From Alphaproteobacteria bacterium (GTDB lineage Bacteria; Pseudomonadota; Alphaproteobacteria; JAAXGF01), in contig CAUVXB020000002.1 in the NCBI GenBank assembly GCA_963555825.3, positions 3,296,001-3,360,000 of the forward strand: a stretch of DNA of 64,000 bases, read 5' to 3'. Made by a program: the position numbers and the translations under genes. This document shows positions 1 through 10,578 of this stretch, piece by piece. The notes beneath the pieces were generated by a model that was given only the letters and a program-made list of their open reading frames with translations, was not told where the DNA came from and ran no database searches. The first letter of the stretch is position 1. The number at the start of each line of letters is the position of its first letter.

Positions 1-67
1 TGCTTTGCAGCGTCCGGGAGCGCGCGGATATCTTCACGTCTGCCGACACGTGTCCTATGATTGTTCC

Positions 68-1687
68 GTGAAAACCCTGTGCCGCGACTGCGGCCGCGAG
101 CCGCCCCTTGACGCCGAGGCTTGCCCGGCCTGCGGCTCCGTGCGGGTTGTGCGCCACCAGGAACTCCATGATCTCGCTATCGCCCATCTCGACTGCGATG
201 CCTTCTACGCCGCCATCGAGAAACGAGACCGACCGGAACTGCGTGATGTCCCGGTGATCGTCGGCGGTCGCCACCGTGGCGTGGTCGCCGCCTGCTGCTA
301 CATCGCCCGCACCTACGGCGTCCGCTCGGCCATGCCGATGTTCAAGGCCCTTAAAGCCTGCCCCGACGCCACCGTCATCAAGCCCGACATGAAGAAGTAC
401 ACGGCCGTGGGCCGCGAGGTCCGCGCGATGATGCTGAGCCTGACGCCCCTGGTGGAGCCGCTCTCCATCGACGAGGTATTCATGGACCTCGCCAGCACGG
501 AGTCCCTCCATGGCGCGAGCCCGGCCACGACCCTGGCTGCGCTGGCGCGCCGGGTAGAAGAAGAACTTGCCATTACCGTGTCCATCGGGCTCAGCTACAA
601 CAAGTTCCTGGCCAAGATCGCCTCGGACCTGGACAAGCCGCGCGGCTTCGCCGTGATCGGCCGGGCCGAGGCCGAGTCCTTTCTGGCAGACAAGCAGGTC
701 GGGCTGTTGTGGGGAGTGGGCCCGGCTCTGCGGCAGCGCCTCGCTGGGGACGGCATCACGCTGATCGGCGAACTCGCCCGCGCCGAGGAGGCAGAGCTTG
801 TCGCCCGTTACGGAAAGATCGGCAAACGGCTGTCGCTGTGCGCCCGGGGCGAGGACGAACGCCCGGTCAACCCCGGCCGCGAGACCAAGAGCATGTCATC
901 GGAGACCACCCTCGACGAAGACCTCTCCGATCTGGAGAAGCTGCGTGCGATCCTGTGGCAGCTCGCCGAGACGGTGGCGCGGCGCATGAAGACAGCCGGC
1001 ATCGCCGGCGAAGGCGTCACGCTCAAGCTCAAGACCTCGGACTTCAGCAACATCATCGAGACGAACCCGACCCGGGGCGTAAAGAGGAATCCCCGTCCCA
1101 AGCTCACCCGCTTCTTGTCACGCGATGAAATCGGCCGTCTCCATGAAGTGCTGGACCGGTACGAAGCTAGGCGACTCTCATCCAACGTACAGGCGGACAT
1201 CATTCGCCTGCTGTTGCTGACGGGTTGCCGCAAGAGCGAGATATTGAATCTGCGGTGGCGGGAAGTTGGCAACGATACGCTGGAGCTTGAGGACAGTAGG
1301 ACCGGGCCGAGACAGGTGCTGCTGAGTCCCGATGCCCGCGCCGTTATTGAGCGGCAGCCGCGGTCGGGGAGCCCCTGGGTGTTTCCCTCGCCGATGAATC
1401 CGACGCGGGCGCGCGTCGATCTCAGCCTGTGGAAGAGGGTGCGGAAGCTGGCCGGGCTCGAAGGGGTACGAATTCACGATTTAAGGCACACGTTCGCCAG
1501 CCAAGCGGCGATGCAGGGCATTCCGCTGCCGGTGGTGGCGCGTCTACTCGGCCACGCCCAGGTGCAAATGACGCTGCGCTATGCGCATGTCAGCGACCGG
1601 GACGTCGAGGCCGCCGCGGAGCGTATCGGCGGGGTGATGGCGGGCATCATGAATAGATCGCCCGTTCGGTCGGAGCTTGCGCCATAA
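68..1687 (+). CDS. dinB: Chimeric ORF: DNA polymerase IV (DinB, to about nt 1045) fused in frame to the catalytic half of a tyrosine recombinase
   Basis: DinB motifs HLDCDAFYA, VEPLSIDE, SYNKFLAKIASDLDKP, LKLKTSDF, followed by integrase motifs TGCRKSEI, RIHDLRH, LLGH-x8-Y. GTG start at 68 inferred. Confidence 0.85.
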   Translation: MKTLCRDCGREPPLDAEACPACGSVRVVRHQELHDLAIAHLDCDAFYAAIEKRDRPELRDVPVIVGGRHRGVVAACCYIARTYGVRSAMPMFKALKACPDATVIKPDMKKYTAVGREVRAMMLSLTPLVEPLSIDEVFMDLASTESLHGASPATTLAALARRVEEELAITVSIGLSYNKFLAKIASDLDKPRGFAVIGRAEAESFLADKQVGLLWGVGPALRQRLAGDGITLIGELARAEEAELVARYGKIGKRLSLCARGEDERPVNPGRETKSMSSETTLDEDLSDLEKLRAILWQLAETVARRMKTAGIAGEGVTLKLKTSDFSNIIETNPTRGVKRNPRPKLTRFLSRDEIGRLHEVLDRYEARRLSSNVQADIIRLLLLTGCRKSEILNLRWREVGNDTLELEDSRTGPRQVLLSPDARAVIERQPRSGSPWVFPSPMNPTRARVDLSLWKRVRKLAGLEGVRIHDLRHTFASQAAMQGIPLPVVARLLGHAQVQMTLRYAHVSDRDVEAAAERIGGVMAGIMNRSPVRSELAP

Positions 1688-2031
1688 AGGCTGCTGTCTG
1701 AAATCGACGACAGGGTGTGTCTCTGGGACCGCAGGGAGCTCTGTGACACCGTCAAATTCGATGGTCAAAGCGAGCCCGGTCGCAGTGTTTGATCCACATT
1801 GGCGGTAATGCGTGCGAAGTCGGTTTGGAGCACCGAACTTGTCAGCAAGCATGTAAGCTATTAGATGGCGGAGAGCCGAAATTGTGAGGGCGTTGTTTCT
1901 TGGGCGTAATCCCAAGGCCTTTTTCTTGTTCACCTTCGCGGCCGGTAGGGTGGCGAGCGGATTAAGCAGGTCGCGCGACCGACGGCGCCCACAGTAACTC
2001 TCGGACTTGACTGCGCAACGCGGGGAAAACC

Positions 2032-2925
2032 ATGCTCGAAGATCTTGCCATCCAATTCGTTATCCAGAGCGAGGATACCCTCAAAGGAATCGGCCTCGGT
2101 TTGACCATTGTCGGGGCGGTCATCGCGGCAATCATTACGCGGTCGAAAGTTGAGATCGCTCGCACGACATACTTCGCCTATTCAGCACTGATCTTCTTCG
2201 CGGTCTCCGCCGTGCAAATCGTCTGGCTCCAGTCGATCCCCGCCATGACGGGTGGCTACTTGTAGGTGCTCATGGCAATCTCGCTTACAGCGTCAATCGC
2301 AGGTGGATACTTCTTCTGTCGCATCGCAATAGCGCGTTCTCACGATGCCTACGGGCACGGTCGCATGGCATTTCTCGCCTTCATCCCGATTGCGAACTTC
2401 TGGCTCCTGCTGACCCCTTCGAAGAACGTGATGTCAGCCAACCGCACCCCGACGATACCGCTGCTATCGGGCGGGCTTGGCGTCGTAACCGGCTTCGTCT
2501 TGCTTGCGACTGCCTTTGGCGTGACCGTCTACATTGAGGAACAAGGTCGCGTGATGGATTCGCAAACTCAGATCGAGCCCGTGTCACAGCAAGCGGTGAT
2601 CGACTCCATGATCCGCTCGAACGGCCTTGAGGAGACGTTGCGCCTCGTGGCTGCTGAGGCGCAAACGCCAATCACCGTAGACGAAGTGACGACGCTCGCA
2701 CGGATGGAGGCTGCTGGGACGCAGTTGCGGCGAATCTACGTTGTCGATCTCGCAGGCATGAGGTTGACGGAGGAATTCGCAGCTCGCAGCCGCAATGGCA
2801 TCTGCGCATGACCCGCGTTTGAGCCGATCCTGCGTGCGGGAGGCTCTATCCAAGAAGTCTACGAGGAACGTAACGGTCGCGCAATTGGCGCTGCAATGGT
2901 TACGCGCGATGACTGTGGCTTCTAG
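2032..2925 (+). pseudogene. Membrane protein (DUF805-like hydrophobic N-half) with two in-frame stops
   Basis: One frame of 298 codons interrupted by TAG 2263-2265 and TGA 2809-2811. The coding-like sequence continues past both stops. Confidence 0.65.
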
Positions 2926-2947
2926 TGCAGTGACTCAATCGTTTGGG

Positions 2948-3021
2948 AATTATCCCGACTACTTGACACTCACCCCCACCGTGCCCTCGCCAGGGGTGAG
3001 TGTCAAGTAGTCGGGATAATT
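2948..3021. repeat. Perfect 29-bp inverted repeat with 16-nt spacer (MITE-like)
   Basis: aattatcccgactacttgacactcacccc (2948-2976) and its exact reverse complement (2993-3021). Confidence 0.9.
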
Positions 3022-3040
3022 GGTAGTGGGTCAGTTTGAA
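3022..3040. mobile_element. Orphan IS1-family-like terminal repeat
   Basis: GGTAGTGGGTCAGTTTGAA resembles the ends of alphaproteobacterial IS1-family elements. No cognate transposase is present in the window. Confidence 0.5.
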
Positions 3041-3099
3041 TTTCTCAGCCATTGACTTGACTCTAGCCGTTTGGGATGAGGCATGCCATATTCATTGAC

Positions 3100-4992
3100 A
3101 TGGCCAAACCCAAGAGACCACGCGACACCAACCAGCTCGCCAAGCACATCGTGGATGTGGCAACCGGAGAATCGGAGACAACCCTGGAGGTTCCCCCGGC
3201 GAACGAGTTCGCGAGGGTGCGAGTCTCGCATGGCAGTGATGTCTGCGGCTTGGTTCGTTGAGTTCAGGCAGCGATTGCCATGGCTGCTGCACGTGGACTG
3301 ATGTTGTCGTTGGCCGGTGTGTCGGTTGCGCTGATCAGGGCCTTCCATGCCCGCTCGAAGCGGCCGGATTTGATCAGGGCGCGGAAGGTCAGAACAGCCT
3401 GTCCGCCGACGATCCGCCAGCGCATGCCGGAGCGCTTCATGCGCTGTGTCACCAGGGTCTTGTTGGCAGCTTCGACCACGCCTGAGCCGATGGCGATGCC
3501 CTCTTCCTTCAGGGCGTGGTAGCGCATGCGATGGCGATGCTTGCGGAAGAAGGCGAGTTCCCGCTCGGTCTCGGCCCGGTCCGGCGCAGCGGCGGCATCG
3601 CGAAGGTGGCGCAGCGCCCGGATCACCTTGGCGACGCCACGGGGATCGTGACGGAGGATCTCGCGGTACTTCTCGAACCAGCCGGGCGCCACGGCATGGT
3701 CGGACGCGGTTTGCAGATGTTCGCAAGCATGCCAGAAGTCGATCACCTCGGTTTCGGGCGACAGGGTCTCCAGGAAGGTCCAGTTGTCGGCGGCGCCATC
3801 GGCGATAGCGACGATCCCGATCTCGGGGCGTGCTCGCCTGATGTGTGCGACTTCGCTTGCAAGCTGCGCCTTCAGCGTGAGCTTGCCGCTCTCCGGCATG
3901 CGGCCGAGATAGAGGGTCTTCAGGCGCTTGCCCTCGGCGTCGTGGAAGGAGACCGTGCCGCAGGCAGCCTCGCGCCAGGAGGCCTTGGCGCGACCGTCCT
4001 CGCCGGGTCTCAGCGGCACCATGACGCCGTCGAGGGAGACCGAGGCGGTGGTCGCGTCCTGCGGTATGCCCTCGGCCTCACGGATGCTGCCCAGCGTCTC
4101 CGGGCCGAGGCTCTCCCAGCATTCGTGCATGCTCAGGGTCAGGCGCTGCAGGGTGCTCACCGACGGCGTCATGGCGCCGGTCTTCGCAAAGAACGCCGCC
4201 GCTTCCCGGGCCGTGCAGTGACCCATCATCAGCAGACCGAGCTCGGCCGCCGGCCGCGTCAGGTAATCGTCGACGAGGCCCAGGCTCTCGTCGACCGGCA
4301 CCGGCGATGCCCCGCTCGCGCCGCTGCGGTAACGCGCTCGCCGGTAGGTCACCGGACCGAGCGAGGTCATGATCGTCTTCGGCGTCACCGCGACCCGGAA
4401 CCAGCTCTGCCCGTCCCGCTCGATCCGGGAAGCGCCATCGTCCCGGTTCTCGATGACGGCGCCCATGACATCGCGAGCGAACTCGTTCGTGGCCTCACGC
4501 ACCCGCAACTCGACCTCCTCGGGCGCCTCGGGGCGCGGCTCGGAACGAAGCTCCTCGCGACACAGTGCGAGCACCCGGGCGGCCGCCTCGACGACCCGAG
4601 GAGGCAGGCCGGAAAGATCGATGGACGAAGGCGCCGGAGGCGGGGATACTGCCATGGGAATGCTCCCGATGTTGGGTTTCGAGACACGGCATCGTACCGC
4701 TTCTGGCGGTGCGGAGCGTTCCCACCTTCCCCTGCTCGACCCTGCCGTCGTAACAAAATCCTGCCTTGGAGCGGCCCATTGTCACGAATAGCCGATTTCG
4801 GCCGTTCGTCTCGACACAAAAAACGCACTAAATCAATGACTTAGATTTTCCATACCAGACCCACACCCGTTCGCGAGGGCTGGTGGCTTGAAGGGCGGCA
4901 AGGCCCGAGCCAAGGCTCTAACCCCTGAGCGACGTAAAGAAATCGCCGAGAGAGCGGCAAATGCGCGGTGGAAGGTCAAGCGGGAAGAGTAG
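3100..4992 (+). pseudogene. Small basic KGG-motif protein (76 aa when rejoined), interrupted by an ISKra4-family IS
   Basis: 3100-3214 + 4877-4992 give MAKPKRPRDTNQLAKHIVDVATGE...EFAR|AGGLKGGKARAKALTPERRKEIAERAANARW. Confidence 0.8.
3215..4868 (-). mobile_element. ISKra4-family IS (transposase 3264-4655)
   Basis: TIRs GGGTGCGAGTCTCGCATGG / GGGTGTGGGTCTGGTATGG, 8-bp TSD gttcgcga, transposase motifs SLDGVMV, IADGA, DFWHA, IGSGVVEAANK. Confidence 0.88.
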
Positions 4993-5234
4993 ACCGCTCT
5001 TCTTTCATTTGCCGCTTGATGAAACTTGACAAAAGTGGCACGGCAAACAGGTATTTGCCATATCTGTTTTTGTATACGAGACCGGCATCGCTAAGTGACA
5101 CTAGCATCTGGTTAATATGGCTACTGTTAAAGGGCTTTGCCGGTCGGGATTTCGATAGGTCTGCCACCTCTTGGACCGTAAACTCGGAAACGCAGTTTGG
5201 TAGGGAGGCAATGACTTCCATTAACTCTCTCTGT

Positions 5235-8005
5235 TGAGGTGGTCCCAGAAAATCGGACAGGGAGCTAAGGTGTATTCCACCGGATAACGGAGGAATACGA
5301 GATGACGAATCGACGCCGGTTTACGGCGGAATTCAAGGCCCGGGTGGCGCTGGAAGCGCTGCGGGGCGACAAGACGATCCAGCAGATCGCGGCCAAGCAC
5401 AAGGTGCATCCGAACCAGGTGAGCGCCTGGAAGCGCCAGGCGGTGGACGGTCTGGGCGAAGTGTTTTCGAACGGCGCCAACCGCGCTTGCCGGGATCATG
5501 AATCCGAGGTCCGCGACCTTCACGCCAAGATCGGCGAGCTGACGGTGGAACGGGATTTTTTAGCCAGAGGGCTCAAGCGATGAGCCGGGGGGAGCGCAAG
5601 GCGATGATCACACGCGACGCCCCCGAGCTGAGCTTGAGCCGTCAATGCCGCCTGCTTTCGATCGGCCGGTCCTCGTTCTATTATGCGCCCAGGGGGGAGA
5701 GCCCTTCGAGTCTGGCGCTGATGCGTCGGATCGACGAGTTGTTCATGAAGTACCCGTTCTACGGCAGCCGCCAGATGGTCCGCCAGTTGCGGCGGGACGG
5801 CGTTTGCGTCGGCCGTCACCGGGTTCGCAGGTTGATGCGATTGATAGGCCTGGAGGCGATCTATCAGGCGCCGAGAACCAGCGTGCCGCATCCCATGCAC
5901 CGGATTTATCCTTATCTTCTCAAAGGGATGGCTATCGACCAGCCCAATCGGGTCTGGTGCGCCGACATCACCTATATCCCCGTCCAGCGTGGCTTTCTGT
6001 ACCTGGTAGCGATCATGGACTGGGCGACGCGCCACGTTTTATCCTGGCGGCTGTCGAACACCATGGACGCTGGATTCTGCGCCGAGGCCTTGGGCGACGC
6101 GCTGGCCCGCTACGGCCAGCCGGAGATATTCAATACGGATCAGGGCAGCCAGTTCACCAGCCTCGACTTCACCGGCGTGCTCAAGAACGCGAGCATCCGC
6201 ATCTCCATGGACGGTCGGGGCCGCTGCATGGACAACATCTTCATCGAGCGCCTGTGGCGGTCTCTCAAGTATGAGGCGGTCTACCTACACGAGCTCACCG
6301 ACGGCTTCCACGCCGAACGGGTCATCGGCGAGTGGATCGGCTTCTACAACACCGAGCGGCCCCATTCGTCCCTCGACGGTCAAACGCCGGCCGAGGCCTA
6401 CGGGGCCGGTCAACCTGTGGATATGATGGACAAGGCTCGCGCCTTGCCCACATCCCCACAGGCTCAACAACAGCAACAGGATGTGATAAAAAGGATTTTG
6501 GCAGCATGATCAAACAACGGAATACACCTTAACCGCGCTGCCAAACTGTCCAACTGTATCGCACCCGGTTCCTTGGACACAAGTTTGTCTCATGCGGCGG
6601 GCCTGAGTGACATCGCGGTGTGCCACGCCTGACGAGCTTGAGCGGGGCTCAGGTAGCCGTTCTTCTCCACGATCCACTGGGCATTGTACTGTTCGACGAA
6701 CCCGCGGACGGCGTTCCGCAGCTCCGCGATGTTGCGGTAGATGCGGCCATGGATGATCTGTTCCTTGAGCGTGCGATTGAACCTCTCGGCGACGCCGTTG
6801 GTCTGGGGCTGTTCGACGAAGGCGTAGGACGGCTGGATGCCCCAGAACTTGATCTGGTTGGTGAAGTGGTCCGACAGATACTGGGAGCCGTGATCCATCC
6901 GCAAGGCCAGCCCCCGCGCCGCACCGGCGGAGGTCGAGGCATACAGCCTCGCAAGCCCCATGGAGATCGGCTGAAGGGCGGCGAAGCGGTCGCCTCGCTT
7001 GCACACATGCCAGCCGACGCACTCGGCGTTCCAATGCTCGATGGCGGTGAATATCCAGCCCCAGCCGTCGTCCACCGTGAACACCCGAACGCCGTCCGTG
7101 CCCCACATGAGGTTGGGGGCATGGGTGATGATCTCACCGACATGGGGATTTCCGCCACGGCGGCGGCAGCGATGGGGCGAGAGCAGGTTGTTCTCGCGCA
7201 TCACCCGGAGCACCCGCTTGCGGGAAACACGGATGCCACGACAGACCCGAAGCCGAGCCCAGACCTTGCGGTGTCCCTCGCCCTCCCAGGGGGATGCCTC
7301 CAGGTCGGCCTCGATGGCCACCAGCAGAGCCTCGTCCGAGATCGAGGGCTTCGGTCCCCGGCGCTTTGCTGGTGGGCGCTCAGCGGTGGCCTGCTGCCGG
7401 GATTTCATGGCGTAGAACGAGGAACGGGCAAAACCCCAGGCCGCACAGACCCGCTGGAGGCCGTAGGCCAAACCCGTGCCGGGAGAGGTGGCGGCACTCA
7501 TCGCCGCGACCTCCGCCGCCCCAAAGGGCCGGACGTCTCCGTCTTGGCCTCCAGCAGTTCCACCTGCATGATCAACTCCCCGATCCGCTTCATGGCGATG
7601 TCCAGTTCCGCCTTCACCGGATCGCCCTTGCGTTCCTTGAGCGAGGCATCGATCCCGGCGATCGCCTTCTCACGCCACTGCTCGAGCCGGAAAATCTCCA
7701 CGCCCAACTGCCGCGACAAAAGTTCCACCGGCTCGCCACGCAAAAGCCGCAGGGCAACCTCACGCTTGCGCGTCACCGTCCACCGCTGGCCAAGTCCCAG
7801 CGGGCCTGCCGGCGAAACCTGGCCCGGGGAAAACGTGGACGAGCCAAGCTCGCCCTCGTTTACCACAGGCCCATCAACAGCAACTTTGTTCTCAAAATTG
7901 TCGGTCATGTTCCGGTCCTCCTTGGACACTTCGATTAAGCCAATTCTGTGTCCAAGGAAATCGGGTCCGACTCACCAAACTGTCCAACAAAGTGGGACCA
8001 CCTCA
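5235..8005 (+). mobile_element. IS3-family element, copy 1 (orfA 5302-5583, orfB 5580-6509), with a nested IS in its right end
   Basis: Ends TGAGGTGGTCCCA / TGGGACCACCTCA, 4-bp TSD ctgt, DDE motifs WCADITY, NTDQGSQF, NIFIERLWRSLKYE. Confidence 0.95.
6555..7974 (-). mobile_element. Two-ORF IS3-like element, copy 1 (orfA 7498-7929, orfB 6590-7501), 14-bp TSD
   Basis: TG...CA ends sharing CCTTGGACAC. Flanked by ccaaactgtccaac at 6541-6554 and 7975-7988. rve motifs GTDG, MDHGSQY, NGVAERFNRTLKE. Confidence 0.93.
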
Positions 8006-8191
8006 CTGTCGGTCTGTAGCACGTGACCAGCGGTCCACAAAAAAATCTGTGTCTAGCTTCCTTAAAATATCCGCGTTAACAACAGACATCGCCTCCCCTT
8101 TGTCGTGCTGACTCAGCCAAACATCAAAGTATTCTCTGCAGATAAATTGAATGAAGTATGGATATCCCCCGGACATCTGGCTAAGGAGATG

Positions 8192-9528
8192 TGAGGTGGT
8201 CCCACTTTGTTGGACAGTTTGGCAGCGCGGTTAAGGTGTATTCCGTTGTTTGATCATGCTGCCAAAATCCTTTTTATCACATCCTGTTGCTGTTGTTGAG
8301 CCTGTGGGGATGTGGGCAAGGCGCGAGCCTTGTCCATCATATCCACAGGTTGACCGGCCCCGTAGGCCTCGGCCGGCGTTTGACCGTCGAGGGACGAATG
8401 GGGCCGCTCGGTGTTGTAGAAGCCGATCCACTCGCCGATGACCCGTTCGGCGTGGAAGCCGTCGGTGAGCTCGTGTAGGTAGACCGCCTCATACTTGAGA
8501 GACCGCCACAGGCGCTCGATGAAGATGTTGTCCATGCAGCGGCCCCGACCGTCCATGGAGATGCGGATGCTCGCGTTCTTGAGCACGCCGGTGAAGTCGA
8601 GGCTGGTGAACTGGCTGCCCTGATCCGTATTGAATATCTCCGGCTGGCCGTAGCGGGCCAGCGCGTCGCCCAAGGCCTCGGCGCAGAATCCAGCGTCCAT
8701 GGTGTTCGACAGCCGCCAGGATAAAACGTGGCGCGTCGCCCAGTCCATGATCGCTACCAGGTACAGAAAGCCACGCTGGACGGGGATATAGGTGATGTCG
8801 GCGCACCAGACCCGATTGGGCTGGTCGATAGCCATCCCTTTGAGAAGATAAGGATAAATCCGGTGCATGGGATGCGGCACGCTGGTTCTCGGCGCCTGAT
8901 AGATCGCCTCCAGGCCTATCAATCGCATCAACCTGCGAACCCGGTGACGGCCGACGCAAACGCCGTCCCGCCGCAACTGGCGGACCATCTGGCGGCTGCC
9001 GTAGAACGGGTACTTCATGAACAACTCGTCGATCCGACGCATCAGCGCCAGACTCGAAGGGCTCTCCCCCCTGGGCGCATAATAGAACGAGGACCGGCCG
9101 ATCGAAAGCAGGCGGCATTGACGGCTCAAGCTCAGCTCGGGGGCGTCGCGTGTGATCATCGCCTTGCGCTCCCCCCGGCTCATCGCTTGAGCCCTCTGGC
9201 TAAAAAATCCCGTTCCACCGTCAGCTCGCCGATCTTGGCGTGAAGGTCGCGGACCTCGGATTCATGATCCCGGCAAGCGCGGTTGGCGCCGTTCGAAAAC
9301 ACTTCGCCCAGACCGTCCACCGCCTGGCGCTTCCAGGCGCTCACCTGGTTCGGATGCACCTTGTGCTTGGCCGCGATCTGCTGGATCGTCTTGTCGCCCC
9401 GCAGCGCTTCCAGCGCCACCCGGGCCTTGAATTCCGCCGTAAACCGGCGTCGATTCGTCATCTCGTATTCCTCCGTTATCCGGTGGAATACACCTTAGCT
9501 CCCTGTCCGATTTTCTGGGACCACCTCA
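8192..9528 (-). mobile_element. IS3-family element, copy 2 (1337 bp)
   Basis: Same ends and ORFs as copy 1. Flanking 3-bp atg duplication. Confidence 0.95.
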
Positions 9529-10537
9529 ATGTCCCGGTCGATGTTGAAAAGTTGAGGTAGGTGTCGCTCTCCTGGAGCCGTTAGGCTCCGGGTGCTGCAA
9601 ACCCAAGAGGGAGAACGACACCATGGGAAAGGATATCCGTAGTTCCAGTAGCCCGAAAGCCCTTGCCACCTCGTTTCCTATGCCGCCGCTGGCAGACGCG
9701 ATGGACGCAGTCCGTCTCAGCGTGGATCGGTTCTGTCTCCTGGCCGGGGTCGAGGCCTTGGCCGAGATGATGGAGGAGGACGCCACGACCGTGTGCGGGG
9801 CCCGACATCGTCGCCATGGGAACCGTCGGGGTTATCGCTGGGGCCATACGCAGAGCGAGATCGGCTACCACGGCGGCCGCGTGAAAGTGCAGCGGCCACG
9901 GGTTCGCGACCATGCTGGCAAGGAGGTGGGTTTGGAGAGCTGGCAGGTGCTGCGCGACGGCAACCTGTTGCTCGAGTGGGCGCTCAACCTGATGGTCCTG
10001 AACGTGTCGACCCGCAAGTACCACCGCGCGGTCCGTCTGCCCGAGGGCGACCTGGCGAAAGCGCGTGGCGACGGCACTTCGAAGTCGGCCGTTTCCCGGC
10101 GCTTTGTGGCGCTGTCGCGCAAGAAGATGAAGGCCTGGCTCGCCTCGGACCTCTCGGAGCTCGACCTGCTGGTCATCCAGATCGACGGTCTGCATGTCGG
10201 CGACCATGTCTTGGTGGCGGCGATCGGCGTCGATGGCAACGGCGACAAGCATGTCCTGGCCGTGGTCGAGGGGGCGACGGAGAACACTGTCGTCGTCCAG
10301 GCCTTGCTCGACAATCTCCTCGCCAGGGGGCTCGATCCGACGCTGCCCCGGCTGTTCATCGTCGATGGCGCGAAGGCGCTCAGCAAAGCGATCCGCAACA
10401 CCTTCGGTGTGGCCGCCGCCATCCAGCGCTGCCAGGTCCACAAGGGCCGTAACATCATCGAGCGCCTGCCCCTGCATTTGCATGCGAGCGTCAAGAAGGC
10501 GCTCCGTCAGGCCTGGGACCAGGACGACGCAGACAAG
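9529..10537 (+). mobile_element. IS256-family element, 3'-truncated (transposase from 9623)
   Basis: Mutator motifs QIDG, IVDGAKAL, QRCQVHK. Cut at 10538 by an IS21 end. Confidence 0.85.
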
Positions 10538-10578
10538 TGTCAATGGCGGAGCAAAAAGGGACCACCTCGGCGGTGTAA

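Larger units (their letters stand above)
4976..8190 (-). pseudogene. 3' fragment of an AAA-type ATP-binding protein with C-terminal winged helix, split by IS3
   Basis: 8190-8006 reads SQMSGGYPYFIQFICREYFD...KLDTDFF...RATDRQ and continues at 5234-4976 as RELMEVIA...GLVYKNRYGKYLFAVPL. The 5' part is missing and the DNA is AT-richer than its flanks. Confidence 0.7.

Noticed and set aside
5235-9528. Inverted IS3 pair as a composite transposon
   Set aside because: Each copy has its own flanking duplication (ctgt, atg), and the 186 bp between them simply continues the gene interrupted by copy 1, so these are independent insertions.
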